Source: a virus (lineage: Duplodnaviria; Caudoviricetes). From it: 53,556 nt of DNA. The number at the start of each line of letters is the position of its first letter. Positions within the stretch are counted from its first letter, which is position 1. A program made the translations under genes and the position numbers. Where the stretch lies: positions 1 through 53,556 of the IMG/VR virus record IMGVR_UViG_3300048838_000256, one strand, 5' to 3'. This document shows, in pieces, positions 43,381 through 53,296 of this stretch. The notes under the pieces are model-generated. The model saw only the letters and a program-made list of their open reading frames with translations, searched no databases and was not told the origin of the DNA.

Positions 43381-44372
43381 AGGCGCGTGGTGGCCTGGAA
43401 GCGCGCGAACCGCTGCGGGTTCTTGGTCGCCATCGCGGCTAGCGCGTCCTCGAACGCCTCGCCTTCGAGGCCCAGGATGTCGTCGAACTCGCCGCCCACG
43501 TCGCCGGTTCCCTGGCCGCCTGGCACGTGCGCCAGCGTGGCATCCAGGCCCGCGGTGTCGGGCTTGCGCGCGGCGATGGCGTCGGCCTTCGCCTTGGCCG
43601 GATCGACGGCCGGCGCGGCGCTGACCGGCGCGATGCCGTTGAGCACGAGCACGCGCTTGTGGGCCTCGTCGAGGAACCACTGCAGCGGCTTGTCCTCGTT
43701 GGACTCGTCGGCGGCCATCGCCTTGAGGAAGGTGTCGAGTTGCTTCTGGCGCGCGGCGTCGGTGCGGTAGTCGATGCCGCCACCGTCGGCCTTGGCCGCG
43801 CGTTCGAACAGGCTGTTGACGGCCTGGTCGCGCTGCTGCTCCATCGACTGCCGCTGCATGTCCTGGGCGAGCTCGGCCTTCAGCTGCATGTTGCGCAGCC
43901 GCTGCTGCTCTTCGCTCAGTTCGCTAAGGGTGGCCTGCAGTTCGTCGCGGGAGATCTCGCCCTCGTCGAACTTGGCCCACAGGCCGGACTCCTTCTCCTT
44001 GGCCGCGTCGACCTGCTGGTCGAAGTCTTCTGGCAGCTTGAACGAGTAGGCCGGCGCTGGGCCGGGTGCGGGGGCCGGCTTGGGCGGCTCGGCGGCCGGC
44101 GCCGCGGCGGCAGGCTCAGGTGCCGGCGCGGGCTCTGCGGCCGGAGCCGGCGCGGGCGCGGCGCCCTTGCCTTCTTCGAGTGCAGCGCCTTCGTCAGCGT
44201 CAGCGCCTTCGTCAGCGTCAGCGTCGGCGTCAGCGTCGGCGCTGGCCGATGCGGTTGCAGGGGATGCGGAGGGCTCGCTGCCTGGAACGTCCTCTTCGGC
44301 CATCGCCGCCCGTTCTTCGTCGGTCAGCGTGTCGAGGATGTCCTTGTCGAGCGTGGATAGCGCGGGGGCCAT
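43377..44372 (-). CDS. Capsid scaffolding protein
   Basis: Acidic, Ala/Pro-rich N-terminus, coiled coil; upstream of the capsid gene; AAGGAAGG SD. Confidence 0.7.
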   Translation of the reverse strand: MAPALSTLDKDILDTLTDEERAAMAEEDVPGSEPSASPATASASADADADADADEGADADEGAALEEGKGAAPAPAPAAEPAPAPEPAAAAPAAEPPKPAPAPGPAPAYSFKLPEDFDQQVDAAKEKESGLWAKFDEGEISRDELQATLSELSEEQQRLRNMQLKAELAQDMQRQSMEQQRDQAVNSLFERAAKADGGGIDYRTDAARQKQLDTFLKAMAADESNEDKPLQWFLDEAHKRVLVLNGIAPVSAAPAVDPAKAKADAIAARKPDTAGLDATLAHVPGGQGTGDVGGEFDDILGLEGEAFEDALAAMATKNPQRFARFQATTRL

Positions 44373-44432
44373 GTGTGTGCCTTCCTTGGCAGGGTTCGGG
44401 TGGATGGGGCTTTCAGCGTGCCATGCTTGGGA

Positions 44433-44846
44433 TCAATCATCGAAGTCCAGCAGGCACAGCGCCAGCAGCGCGGCCTCCATGTCCTCGTCGGTGAAGCCTT
44501 CGGCGGGCACGGTGATAGCGAGCGTGGCCGGATCCACGCTCGCACGCTTGCCGCTGGGCAGCAGCACGTCAATGGCTGCAGATGGCCTGGCCCTGACTGC
44601 ACCCGCCTGGTCGGCGGTGTCTGCGCCTGCGGCCGGCAGCGGTGCGCCGACCTGGCCGGCTGGCAGCGGGCGCCGAAGCGCGTCGATCTCGTCCCAGGCA
44701 GCACGGATCCGCTCGTCATCGTCGCCTCCGCGCAGGCGACCACCACCGCCGATGCGGTCTGCCAAGCCGGCAGCAGGCTCCGCGACCGGGAAGCGCCACG
44801 ATCGTTCGGAGAACGAGCGCGCCGAGAAGCTGCTACGGTGAAACAC
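44433..44846 (-). CDS. Hypothetical protein
   Basis: F...SFS..SFS..SW.F N-terminus; DEDMEAALLAL end. Confidence 0.6.
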   Translation of the reverse strand: MFHRSSFSARSFSERSWRFPVAEPAAGLADRIGGGGRLRGGDDDERIRAAWDEIDALRRPLPAGQVGAPLPAAGADTADQAGAVRARPSAAIDVLLPSGKRASVDPATLAITVPAEGFTDEDMEAALLALCLLDFDD

Positions 44847-45348
44847 CGATGCCTCGCCAGTGGTCAAGCTCGGATCCGTCCCCGATGACCTGCGCGCCGT
44901 TCATGCGCCGCACATCCACCCCAGGCGGCGTGCTGTTCATGGCGGCCAGGACGGCGGCGGCGATCTGGCTCGATGTCGGACCAGTGCCCCCGCCCCCGCC
45001 CGAGCTGTAGCCGATTGCGATGCCAGGCGCCTCAAGCTGAATCCGAACGACGTAGTTGCCCACAGGGTCCACGAACGGGTCACCCGCGTCAGCATCCACC
45101 AACACCCCACCACGAACGATGAGGGTGTGGTTAGCAGACTGAGGGCGAATCCTCCAGCCGTTGAGAGTGAACAGGTACAGGGGAATAGCTGGAATTTCCC
45201 CGCCCACCGTGTCGAACGCGGGCAGAAAGTGGGCGTTGTCCTGCAACACCCAGTCTTTCCACCGCGACCACAGATCGGCAAGGACGATCACGACCGTCCC
45301 GGCGTTGCACAGGACGAGCCGATTTGGTCCGTCAAAGGTGTAGCTCAC
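44833..45348 (-). CDS. Putative virion structural protein
   Basis: FDG.N.L...LWSRWKDW..DN..F.PAF.TVGG..Y.F..NGWRIRP; AAGGA SD. Confidence 0.7.
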   Translation of the reverse strand: MSYTFDGPNRLVLCNAGTVVIVLADLWSRWKDWVLQDNAHFLPAFDTVGGEIPAIPLYLFTLNGWRIRPQSANHTLIVRGGVLVDADAGDPFVDPVGNYVVRIQLEAPGIAIGYSSGGGGGTGPTSSQIAAAVLAAMNSTPPGVDVRRMNGAQVIGDGSELDHWRGIGVSP

Positions 45349-45357
45349 TGGCCATCC

Positions 45358-46731
45358 TTACGGGTTGGCGTACCAGCGCTCCCGACCAGCGACGAAGACC
45401 AGTTTTGCCCCTTCAGCAGTCAGCGTGGTCTCCGCGATGGCGATCTTGGCCCCACCCTTGCCGACCGCGATGCCCTTGAGCGGCGTGTCCGCAGAGTAGG
45501 TCTTGGCGAAGGTCAAGCCGGCCGTCTTGTTGAAGGTCGACCCCTCGATGTTGGCGGGGGTTGCGTCCTGGAACGGAGCGGCACCAGGGTTGCCGTAGCT
45601 CGATGCTGGGAACACCCAGAAATAGCCGTCCGGATCGGCCGTCAGGAACGAGTCGAACTCGATGCTGATGGTCACCGACAGGGGGTAAGTCCTGTAAGTG
45701 CCGGCAAACGTATCGTCAGCCTGAGCGATGAAGTTGAACGACGCAGGGGATGGGTTGGCGATGTGGACACCGCCGACACCCGGCTGGAAGCGCGTCTTGA
45801 GAACCGCACCGTCCATGAACACCAGGGCCGGGGTGACCTTGCCCACCCGGTTTGTCGCGCCGGCATCAATGTCCACGCCCTGTCGAAGCCGCCACTGAAC
45901 CCAGGAGTAGATCTCATCAGCCTTCTTCAGGTTGCCGGTGATGACGACACGGTAGTTGTAGCTGGGGTTGGATCCCAAGGCGTAGGGCTGGGAAGCCGCG
46001 AGCCATTCGATGGTCATACCCGCATAGCCGGCAAGAGTTCCATCGGCTACCGTCACCCCTGCATCCACGGCATGCGTGACCGGGAAGTTGTACTTCTTGT
46101 AGGTCAGTTCCGGGTAGCCGATGTCGATGTTGCTCGACTCGTCATACGTGTAGCCAGCCCTACGCAGGAACACCTTGGCGTAGCTGCGATAGTCGTAATC
46201 CGGCGTACCGTCTCCGTTGGTATCCAGGTAGATCTGAACCAGCTCGTTGACGCCGAAGGTGTCCCCAGTGTTGAGGTGAGTGAAAAAGACCGGCGTTGCG
46301 TCCGTCGCGCTGCTCTGCACAAAGTACAGGTCCGCATTGACGTCGGTTCCTGCAGAGATCTGACCGAGGGTCGTGAAGCAGGCGAACATCGCCGTCGTCG
46401 CACCTGCGGCGTTGACATAGGCCACGCCGCAGTCCCTCACCATCTTGGTCGAAGCCGTGTTCTTGAACTGCCACCCGTTGACGAGTTCCATTGACTCGTC
46501 GTGGATCATCTCCAGCACGGGCAGAGGCACCGAGATCAGCAAGGGTGACGCCTTGATGACCTCTTTGATCTTGCTGAACAGACACTGGCCGGTCACTCCG
46601 TCCTTGGCCACCAGGCTCCCGCCGCTGACGAGTTCGATGGTTTTGGTCGTCGTGTCGAACCGCAGGTTCTCCGTGGTAGGCGAACCGTTGACGATGAACG
46701 TCAGTTGATCCGGGTCGGTGATTTTAGGCAT
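45358..46731 (-). CDS. Putative virion structural protein
   Basis: MPKITDPDQL..DGVTGQ.L.S..KE..NGW..RD.G; beta-rich; AAGGAGG SD. Confidence 0.7.
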   Translation of the reverse strand: MPKITDPDQLTFIVNGSPTTENLRFDTTTKTIELVSGGSLVAKDGVTGQCLFSKIKEVIKASPLLISVPLPVLEMIHDESMELVNGWQFKNTASTKMVRDCGVAYVNAAGATTAMFACFTTLGQISAGTDVNADLYFVQSSATDATPVFFTHLNTGDTFGVNELVQIYLDTNGDGTPDYDYRSYAKVFLRRAGYTYDESSNIDIGYPELTYKKYNFPVTHAVDAGVTVADGTLAGYAGMTIEWLAASQPYALGSNPSYNYRVVITGNLKKADEIYSWVQWRLRQGVDIDAGATNRVGKVTPALVFMDGAVLKTRFQPGVGGVHIANPSPASFNFIAQADDTFAGTYRTYPLSVTISIEFDSFLTADPDGYFWVFPASSYGNPGAAPFQDATPANIEGSTFNKTAGLTFAKTYSADTPLKGIAVGKGGAKIAIAETTLTAEGAKLVFVAGRERWYANP

Positions 46732-46741
46732 CGTGGCCTCC

Positions 46742-47137
46742 TTATGCCGGGTTCTTGTACCAGGGGTCTAGCCGCTGCTGAACTGGAATGGACTGAGCCC
46801 CCGGAGAAGATACGTAATCAAACTCCATGAGCTTGTACTGATTGTTGACAATGCGAATGATCACGTTGTTATTAGAGTTGCCTGACGCATACGCCGGCCA
46901 GCTAAGGGTTTGGCTTGCCACGCAGGACTCTACCCCTGCGACTTCTTCTCCGTTCGCATACACGCGGATTTCGGTGCCTTCTTTCACACCGCTAAAAGTT
47001 ACCGCAGCAACCCCAATCGGATCAGTCGGCAAGCGTTGATAGCCAATAACGTAGCCACGAATTGACCTGGCTTTACCATTGCCGAGAACAGCGAACGAAG
47101 GCCGCATGTCATTCTCTGTGAGCCAGGTCGACGCCAT
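46742..47137 (-). CDS. Hypothetical structural protein
   Basis: G...GTEIRVY...E.AG.E...IPVQQ..D.WY.NP; lower GC. Confidence 0.65.
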   Translation of the reverse strand: MASTWLTENDMRPSFAVLGNGKARSIRGYVIGYQRLPTDPIGVAAVTFSGVKEGTEIRVYANGEEVAGVESCVASQTLSWPAYASGNSNNNVIIRIVNNQYKLMEFDYVSSPGAQSIPVQQRLDPWYKNPA

Positions 47138-49095
47138 CAGGACACCACAAATTCAGGGTCAAAGAACACATACTTTCCGGCGAGTGACGCCGGACAGGAG
47201 CGTTCAAAACTGATGGTGAGTTCGACCTCGGTGTCTTTCTTTACGGGATGGCTGGTTGTCACTTCCATCTTGCGTGCTTTGAAGCCCGCGTAACTTCCAA
47301 AAACCCCCGCCCACGCATTAGATCCAGCCGGAAGTGCATCATTGGTATACGGCAGCCTTTGGGTTCTATACACGCCACTGCTGTCGATGTACGTCACAAC
47401 CATTGACACGTTCCGAGAGGTAATGTCAGCATCGGCAATATCACCACTGAATAGAAGCTCAGCCGTGATAGTTTTGATCCCGGTTGCAGTAAGGCTGATC
47501 TGAGAAAATCTCAGAGGAAACCCCTGCTTACCGAGATACTGCCCGCCCCAGAGCGCCCGCACGGACCAGGGTGTGCCATCTGTAGTCAAAGAAGAAAGCG
47601 TCGGGTAGCCCTCCCCCTTGATCCAGTCAGCAATGCCGTACAGATTTTCCAAGCGATACACGCCTGCATCCTTGGCGCTCACCAAGACGTAATTGGACCT
47701 GTGCGCAGTCGGGTGGTTGTCCGACGGAGGGATCAATCCGTACAGGCCGGTAGTCAGATCGCTGGGGAGCACCGTGATGCCGGTCACGTTGTCGAAAATC
47801 CCCTCGCACTCAGCAACAGTGTCAAGAGTGGCGGTAGTGACAGAAACCAGCGGGAATCGCCTTCCCGGGTCATTCTGGTCGTAAATGCGGCAGTTGCTTA
47901 CGTTCAGATGAGTCGCGTAGTTAGCCTTGGTCAGCCTGAAAAGACGACCCGATGGGTTACTTGACAGTCCGGTGAATACAAAATCGCAGTCATCAAAGAC
48001 CGCCATAGCGTAACCGTTCGGATAAGCCGCAATACCCAACCTCTCCGATGCGTAGCCTCCGATACGGTTATTCTTAAAAACACACCTTCTGTAGGTCATG
48101 GCGGAGTTGGCTGTCAGTTCCGCCACAAAATAGGCACCACTCAAAGATGCGTTGGACGAGATTTCGTAAGTGACTTCCTCAACCAGGCCGCTTGTATTGG
48201 CTGCGTAGCTCCACAACATCGCCCCGGTAAAATTGTTTGGGATGTCCTGAAAAACAGCCTTCAGCCTGTGGTTGTTTCCAATGATCGTTCCGGCTAAAAG
48301 AGTAAAAGGGAGATTGACCCCGCTATGAGTGGTGGCGCAGGTATACGTAAATACCCCGGCCTCCGGCCAAATGGTGCCGTCGTCGGCGATCAAGGTGAAG
48401 GCACGTAGGCTGGCCATGCCGGAACTCGAGCTTGTCTGATGGCGACAGCTCAAGTCCTGGCCGCTACGCCGCGTCCTTAGGAAAACCCGGTCCTCTGAGC
48501 CAGGACTGCTCATGACGGAGTGTAGAAAGGCCCCGTACGTGCAAAGAGCGCCACTCACGGAGCTGGCAACACTTGCCGCCAGGGCAGTTTCGTTCCCGAA
48601 GTATTTCCAGGGGCCGCTCACCCCACCAGAAAAGTTGGCCGCTGCTGGTGGAGCAGTCCATCCAGAGCCTGCCACCAGTCGGCAAGCGGAGTTGTTGGCG
48701 AAGTTCAAATTCGCCGAGGCGAAGCGCGTGTAGACGTTCAGAGTTGCCCCAGACGCCTGAGCCCAGACCAAGGCGCGCAGGTACACGCTTGGGATGCTGC
48801 CGTCCGCAGCCGTAGCCGCAGCCGTACTCGAATTGATCGCATTGGCGATGTTCGTCGCCAACGTGGACCCGCCTCCGTTCAGCGCGGAAACAGTAGCGCC
48901 CATGAGGCTGATCGTCCCGGAGGACGCAGATGCACCGGTCAAATCCCAGCTCGCCACCGCCGACGCTGGGGCAGCACCGAGACCGTTTGCCCGACCATCG
49001 CCGTCTTGTGGCAGGCTTGCCGGGCCTGCAGGGACGCTCTGGTACTCGCTCGGGTAGAGCGCGGTGTTTCCGTGGTCGATGAAGAAATCAGCCAC
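47137..49095 (-). CDS. Large beta-rich protein, possible beta-helix fibre/adhesin
   Basis: Ser/Ala/Thr/Asn-rich; repeats like YRRCVF, FDDCDF, VSNCRI; much lower GC in the 3' two-thirds; GAGGAGG SD before GTG 49095. Confidence 0.65.
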   Translation of the reverse strand: MADFFIDHGNTALYPSEYQSVPAGPASLPQDGDGRANGLGAAPASAVASWDLTGASASSGTISLMGATVSALNGGGSTLATNIANAINSSTAAATAADGSIPSVYLRALVWAQASGATLNVYTRFASANLNFANNSACRLVAGSGWTAPPAAANFSGGVSGPWKYFGNETALAASVASSVSGALCTYGAFLHSVMSSPGSEDRVFLRTRRSGQDLSCRHQTSSSSGMASLRAFTLIADDGTIWPEAGVFTYTCATTHSGVNLPFTLLAGTIIGNNHRLKAVFQDIPNNFTGAMLWSYAANTSGLVEEVTYEISSNASLSGAYFVAELTANSAMTYRRCVFKNNRIGGYASERLGIAAYPNGYAMAVFDDCDFVFTGLSSNPSGRLFRLTKANYATHLNVSNCRIYDQNDPGRRFPLVSVTTATLDTVAECEGIFDNVTGITVLPSDLTTGLYGLIPPSDNHPTAHRSNYVLVSAKDAGVYRLENLYGIADWIKGEGYPTLSSLTTDGTPWSVRALWGGQYLGKQGFPLRFSQISLTATGIKTITAELLFSGDIADADITSRNVSMVVTYIDSSGVYRTQRLPYTNDALPAGSNAWAGVFGSYAGFKARKMEVTTSHPVKKDTEVELTISFERSCPASLAGKYVFFDPEFVVS

Positions 49096-49525
49096 GATAA
49101 GCCTCCTCGACGCCTGCCGGCACACCCAAGATGACTTGCTTCTTTTCGACCGTCATCGGTCCAGAGCCGGGAAACGCCGGGTGCGCCTCAGGTTGTCCCG
49201 AGGCAATGAGCATGTCGAGCATCCCTGACACCTTCGGGTTCTTCAGGTCGATGTAGAGGCGGCCCGACAGCATCTCCCGAACAGCCAGGCACACCGGGTG
49301 TGCCGACGCGGCGATAGCCAGCCCGTCCATCCCCAGCCTGTCCTTGAACGGGCCGGGATAGAGGTGCCAAGCGTTGGCCGAAAGTTCAGGCGAGGGTACA
49401 GGCTCCGCCTGAGCAATGTGGTCGTGGGTGGAGAACTCCATGCCAAACCACTCGATAGGCTCGGGAGACTCGTAGCGGTAGACCTCGACCGCGTCGGACT
49501 TGCGGGTGACGGAGTAGACGGGCAT
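49088..49525 (-). CDS. Hypothetical protein
   Basis: TAATG overlap; GPFKDRLG..YIDL. Confidence 0.65.
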   Translation of the reverse strand: MPVYSVTRKSDAVEVYRYESPEPIEWFGMEFSTHDHIAQAEPVPSPELSANAWHLYPGPFKDRLGMDGLAIAASAHPVCLAVREMLSGRLYIDLKNPKVSGMLDMLIASGQPEAHPAFPGSGPMTVEKKQVILGVPAGVEEAYRG

Positions 49526-49956
49526 TACTGGACCCTCGTGCCGAATCGCGCGCACACCGACTCCAGGGTGCGCAAGTCGTAGATGTGGGGCTCGCGCAGG
49601 CCGAGCATGTCGGCCGCGGCTTCGGAGCAGAACCAGCGGCGCCGGCTGTGTCCGAACGGCGGGAAGGCCACGCCGAGCAGGCCCAGGATGTCGTAGCCCT
49701 TGCCGGCATGCTCGACTTCCCAGGCCGCCGGGTCGCGCTGCGCGTCGATCTCGTAGACGCGCCACTTGTCGGCCGGCAGCGGCATGTCCTTGCCGCGCAC
49801 GCCGCCGTCGAGGAACGACGACGAGACGCACCAGTGGGTGCCGTCAGACTGCTCGATTGCGACCTCGCAGTGCGCGCTGTCACCGCCGCGCAGCAGGCAC
49901 ACCACCCGCGAGAACAGGCGGGTGTCGTTGTAGCGGAAGGCGATGCGGGCGATCAC
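49525..49956 (-). CDS. Permuted papain-like (NlpC/P60, YiiX-like) protein
   Basis: HCE...GVR.K...G.GYD..G.L...RWFCSE. Confidence 0.8.
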   Translation of the reverse strand: MIARIAFRYNDTRLFSRVVCLLRGGDSAHCEVAIEQSDGTHWCVSSSFLDGGVRGKDMPLPADKWRVYEIDAQRDPAAWEVEHAGKGYDILGLLGVAFPPFGHSRRRWFCSEAAADMLGLREPHIYDLRTLESVCARFGTRVQ

Positions 49957-50147
49957 GCCGACCTCCCGGCCTCGTGGCCCGGCCCGGCCTCATCCAGCAG
50001 CGCATGGTCCGTGTTGCACATCCACCGCTGCACTTCGCGCGGGTCGGCCTCGACCGCCACCGCATCGTCACGCTCGGGGTGGCGGCTGAACCAGGCGCGG
50101 GCCTGGCGCAGCAAGCGGCGCAGCAGGCGCTCTGCGGCCTCGGTCAC
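49953..50147 (-). CDS. Hypothetical protein
   Basis: GTGA overlaps on both sides. Confidence 0.5.
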   Translation of the reverse strand: MTEAAERLLRRLLRQARAWFSRHPERDDAVAVEADPREVQRWMCNTDHALLDEAGPGHEAGRSA

Positions 50148-50233
50148 GACACCAGTCTCAAGGCCAGCCGCACAACCGCGCCGATCAGCGTCAGCATCAG
50201 GCCGCCGAGGACGATGACGATGGCGCGCTTCAC
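50144..50233 (-). CDS. 29-aa single-TM peptide MKRAIVIVLGGLMLTLIGAVVRLALRLVS
   Basis: GTG overlaps the portal stop and its TGA overlaps the next start; hydrophobic. Confidence 0.55.
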   Translation of the reverse strand: MKRAIVIVLGGLMLTLIGAVVRLALRLVS

Positions 50234-52851
50234 TCCTTGTCTCCTTCGTCCTTGACCTCGCCGATCATCTTGTCGCCCTCCTTGCGGATGACGACCGTGC
50301 GCTTGGTGGAGCCTTCAGCGCCTCGCGCGTCGACCTGCAGGTTCAGGGTGATGGGCGGGGCGGCAGGCGCAGCCTCGGCGGGCTCCGGCTTGTTGTCGCT
50401 CTCTCCCTTGTCGTCGGCCTCTTCCTCTGCCTGCGCCTTGGCAACCTGCTCGGCAGCCTTGACCGCCTGATCGGCCGTCTTGCGCGTGTCGGCCAGGTCG
50501 CGCGCCATGTCTTCGAGCTTGCGCGTCAGCGCCTCCAGGCGCTTGTCGCTGGCGGCCTGGATCTCGGCAGCGTCGCGCTGCGCCTCGGCCTGAATACGCG
50601 CGACCTCGACATCGGCGTCCTTCTGGGCCAGGGCGCGCTGCAGGTCGCCCGTGACCTTCTGCAGCTTGGCGGCCATGCTCTCGATCTCGCTGGCGGCCTG
50701 CTCGCGCACCTGGGCCAGCATGCGCTCCTGCTCGACCGCGGCGTGGCCGCCAGTGCCGTCGAGGTCCAGGCCCTGCCGCATACGGTCGACCTCGACCATC
50801 ATCTTCTCGGCCTCGGCGGCGATCTTTCGGGCCTTGGCCTGCTGCTCTTCGACGGCGGCGATGGCCTGCTGGCGCTGCAGCTGCATGGCCTCGGCCTGCT
50901 GCTGCTGCTGCTGCTCGACCTGCGCCTGCTCTTCAGGCGTCATCTGCTTGGATGGGTCAGGCTCACCCAGCAGCTTGCGCAGTTCGGAGACGAGCTCGTC
51001 CTTGTTGGGGAGGTCGCTGTACTGGAACGCCATGCGCAGGAAGCGCAGCGCGACCTCGGGCGGCTGCCGCTGGGCCAGCGAGGTCATCGCATCGAACATC
51101 ACCTGGCGCAGCGTCCCGGCGTAGTCCTGCTCGGCGACGACGAAGTCAGCCATCGACGCGGTGATGTCGTTGAGGAACCGCACCTGTCCGTCGGCCTCGA
51201 GTACCGGCTGGTTGACCTTGACCCACTCCATCATGCCGTTCGCGTCCGTCAGGCGGATGACGCGGTCCTCGGTCATGAACTGCTCGATCAGGCTCAGTTG
51301 CTTCTCGCCCTGCGCCTTCGTCGACCACCGCAGGTTGTCGAACGGCTCGGTGGTGGCCACGCTGCCCTGGATCTGGCGGGCCTTGATCGCCTCGCCGCTG
51401 ACCGCATTGGTCTTGCGCCCCAGGTTCTCGTCGTTGACCCCGAAGCTCCGCTGGATGGCCTGCTGGTTCAGGTTCATGACCTCGAACTGGCCTTGCGCCA
51501 GGCCGACACCGCTGCGGATCTCGACCTGCGTGCCCGGCTTCTTCGGTAGCACGCCGTCGGGGTTCTGCGCCTCTTCGCGGGCCTGCTCCCAGTCATCGAA
51601 GGCGTCCCGGTCGCCGATGATCTGGTTGGTGTTGAGCAGGTGCTGCGCCTTGGAGGCGCGCTTGTTGATGTCGAGTTGGATCCCGCGGACGCGGCGGATC
51701 ATCCCGTAGACCTGCCGATCGCGGTTCCTGCGGTAGCAGATGACCGGCGTGAGCGTGAAACGGTTGTGCCGGTACGGCGTCGGACCCCAAGCCAGCATGT
51801 CGGCCTCGGTGAAGACGGCCGTGAAGGTGCGCATCGCGATCTTGTCGATGATCGTGGCGCTGCTGCCGGCGGCGGCCAGGGCGGCGGCCAGGGCCTTGTC
51901 GCGCGGGTCAAACAGCGCACCAGCCATCCGGCCGGAGGCGATCACCTTGATCGGGACCGGCTTCTTGTACTGGCACTCTATGAGCTTCACGCGCCGACGC
52001 TGGGCGTCGACCATCGCCGAAGCCACGGACCCCACGCCCATGAAGCGCGCGGCGTCGGTGGTGCCGGCCGCGCCGTTGATCGTGCGGTTGTCGCCGAACT
52101 CGTCCTCGTAGGTGTCGAAAGCCCAGTCCTCGATGGCCGACCGGATGCGTTCTGCGCGGCCCGGGAACATCATCACGGCGATGTCCTCGTCCACCCAACG
52201 CCAGCGGAACAGGAATCGACCTTCTTCGCCCAAGATGTCGAGCGCGGACGAGTCGTGCAGCACGCAGCGCCAGTCCTCGTAGCGCGAGTAGATCCGCTCC
52301 TGCGTCGGGTCGTCGCGCACGCCGTCGTCCATCCATCCGATGCCGCCCTTGACCGCGTCGGAGAAGGCCCGCGACCGATGCAGCTGCACCCGGTTCACGT
52401 CGCTGACGTACTTCAGCACCTTGGTCTTCACGTCGGCGACCTGCACGTCGTCCTCGGTGCGCGGCAGCACCTTCCAGTCGACGCGGGCACGGCGCTCGGT
52501 GCCGATGACCCAGTCGCACATGGGCGCGACCTCGTTGAACACGAGCGCGGCCTGCTTGCGCGACTCGACGATGGCCGCGTCATCTTCGTCCCACTGCTCG
52601 TTGTCGTAGAAGTCGTGGTCGATGGCCATTTCCAAGCGGTTGATCGCCTGGCGGTCGCGCTCGTAGTAGTACCACTGCAGCAGCTTGCGGTGCTCTTCGC
52701 GGGCCTCGGCCTTGTCGAGCGCGTGCTCGCCTCCTCCCGACGTGGCAAGTTCGTTGGCCCGGGCGCCCACACCCTCGCCTGGCATGGGCGCGTCGAGCTC
52801 GATGGGGGCGTTGCGGTGGCCGCGCCCGGCGTAGCGGAGCACGTCACCCAT
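50230..52851 (-). CDS. Portal protein (P22-like podovirus type)
   Basis: D.DFYD.EQW, FN......V.G.E, AF.DAV..G.GW, YG..R.....Q...NKR.SK, NA.SG.AI.ARQ.QG; long C-terminal coiled coil. Confidence 0.92.
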   Translation of the reverse strand: MGDVLRYAGRGHRNAPIELDAPMPGEGVGARANELATSGGGEHALDKAEAREEHRKLLQWYYYERDRQAINRLEMAIDHDFYDNEQWDEDDAAIVESRKQAALVFNEVAPMCDWVIGTERRARVDWKVLPRTEDDVQVADVKTKVLKYVSDVNRVQLHRSRAFSDAVKGGIGWMDDGVRDDPTQERIYSRYEDWRCVLHDSSALDILGEEGRFLFRWRWVDEDIAVMMFPGRAERIRSAIEDWAFDTYEDEFGDNRTINGAAGTTDAARFMGVGSVASAMVDAQRRRVKLIECQYKKPVPIKVIASGRMAGALFDPRDKALAAALAAAGSSATIIDKIAMRTFTAVFTEADMLAWGPTPYRHNRFTLTPVICYRRNRDRQVYGMIRRVRGIQLDINKRASKAQHLLNTNQIIGDRDAFDDWEQAREEAQNPDGVLPKKPGTQVEIRSGVGLAQGQFEVMNLNQQAIQRSFGVNDENLGRKTNAVSGEAIKARQIQGSVATTEPFDNLRWSTKAQGEKQLSLIEQFMTEDRVIRLTDANGMMEWVKVNQPVLEADGQVRFLNDITASMADFVVAEQDYAGTLRQVMFDAMTSLAQRQPPEVALRFLRMAFQYSDLPNKDELVSELRKLLGEPDPSKQMTPEEQAQVEQQQQQQAEAMQLQRQQAIAAVEEQQAKARKIAAEAEKMMVEVDRMRQGLDLDGTGGHAAVEQERMLAQVREQAASEIESMAAKLQKVTGDLQRALAQKDADVEVARIQAEAQRDAAEIQAASDKRLEALTRKLEDMARDLADTRKTADQAVKAAEQVAKAQAEEEADDKGESDNKPEPAEAAPAAPPITLNLQVDARGAEGSTKRTVVIRKEGDKMIGEVKDEGDKE

Positions 52852-53296
52852 ACGTCGCGCCCTCGGTGCGCTCGACCTTGATCTCTTCCTCGCGGACGAC
52901 CTCGCCGTCGACCTTCAGCACGACCTCGCCCTGGACAACGTCGCTGAACTCGGGCAGCGGTGCCGACGGCATGCGCACGAGGTCGGGGATCCAGCCGGTG
53001 ATGACGCTGATGATTCTGGCCCGGTTGACCTTGCTGGGCTCAATGCCCAGGATGGTGCAGGCCATCAGCGACTGCTGCATCGCATGCTCCATCGCAATGC
53101 GGCGGGCCATCGCATCGGGGTGGTCGACGCCCCAGCGCCAGGCCGCGGACTCGTCGACGATGTACCAGCCGGCGTCGCGGCGGTGGGCCGGCAGCATGAC
53201 CAGGGCCCGCGAGTCGTTGACCCACGTGAGCACGACGACGAGGTCGCCGTGGCGCTGGTGCTTCCAGGCCTTGTTCAGGTCGAGGGATACGGGCAT
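52844..53296 (-). CDS. Hypothetical phage protein upstream of portal
   Basis: DL......GD....TW.N..RALV..P...ES.AW...PDL..MP.AP; follows a late-promoter motif. Confidence 0.7.
   Translation of the reverse strand: MPVSLDLNKAWKHQRHGDLVVVLTWVNDSRALVMLPAHRRDAGWYIVDESAAWRWGVDHPDAMARRIAMEHAMQQSLMACTILGIEPSKVNRARIISVITGWIPDLVRMPSAPLPEFSDVVQGEVVLKVDGEVVREEEIKVERTEGATYG

Noticed and set aside
44060-44245. Tandem repeats in the scaffold gene
   Set aside because: Encode ordinary AD/AP low-complexity linkers
50860-50930. CAG/CTG run in the portal gene
   Set aside because: Short poly-Gln in the coiled coil, common in these portals
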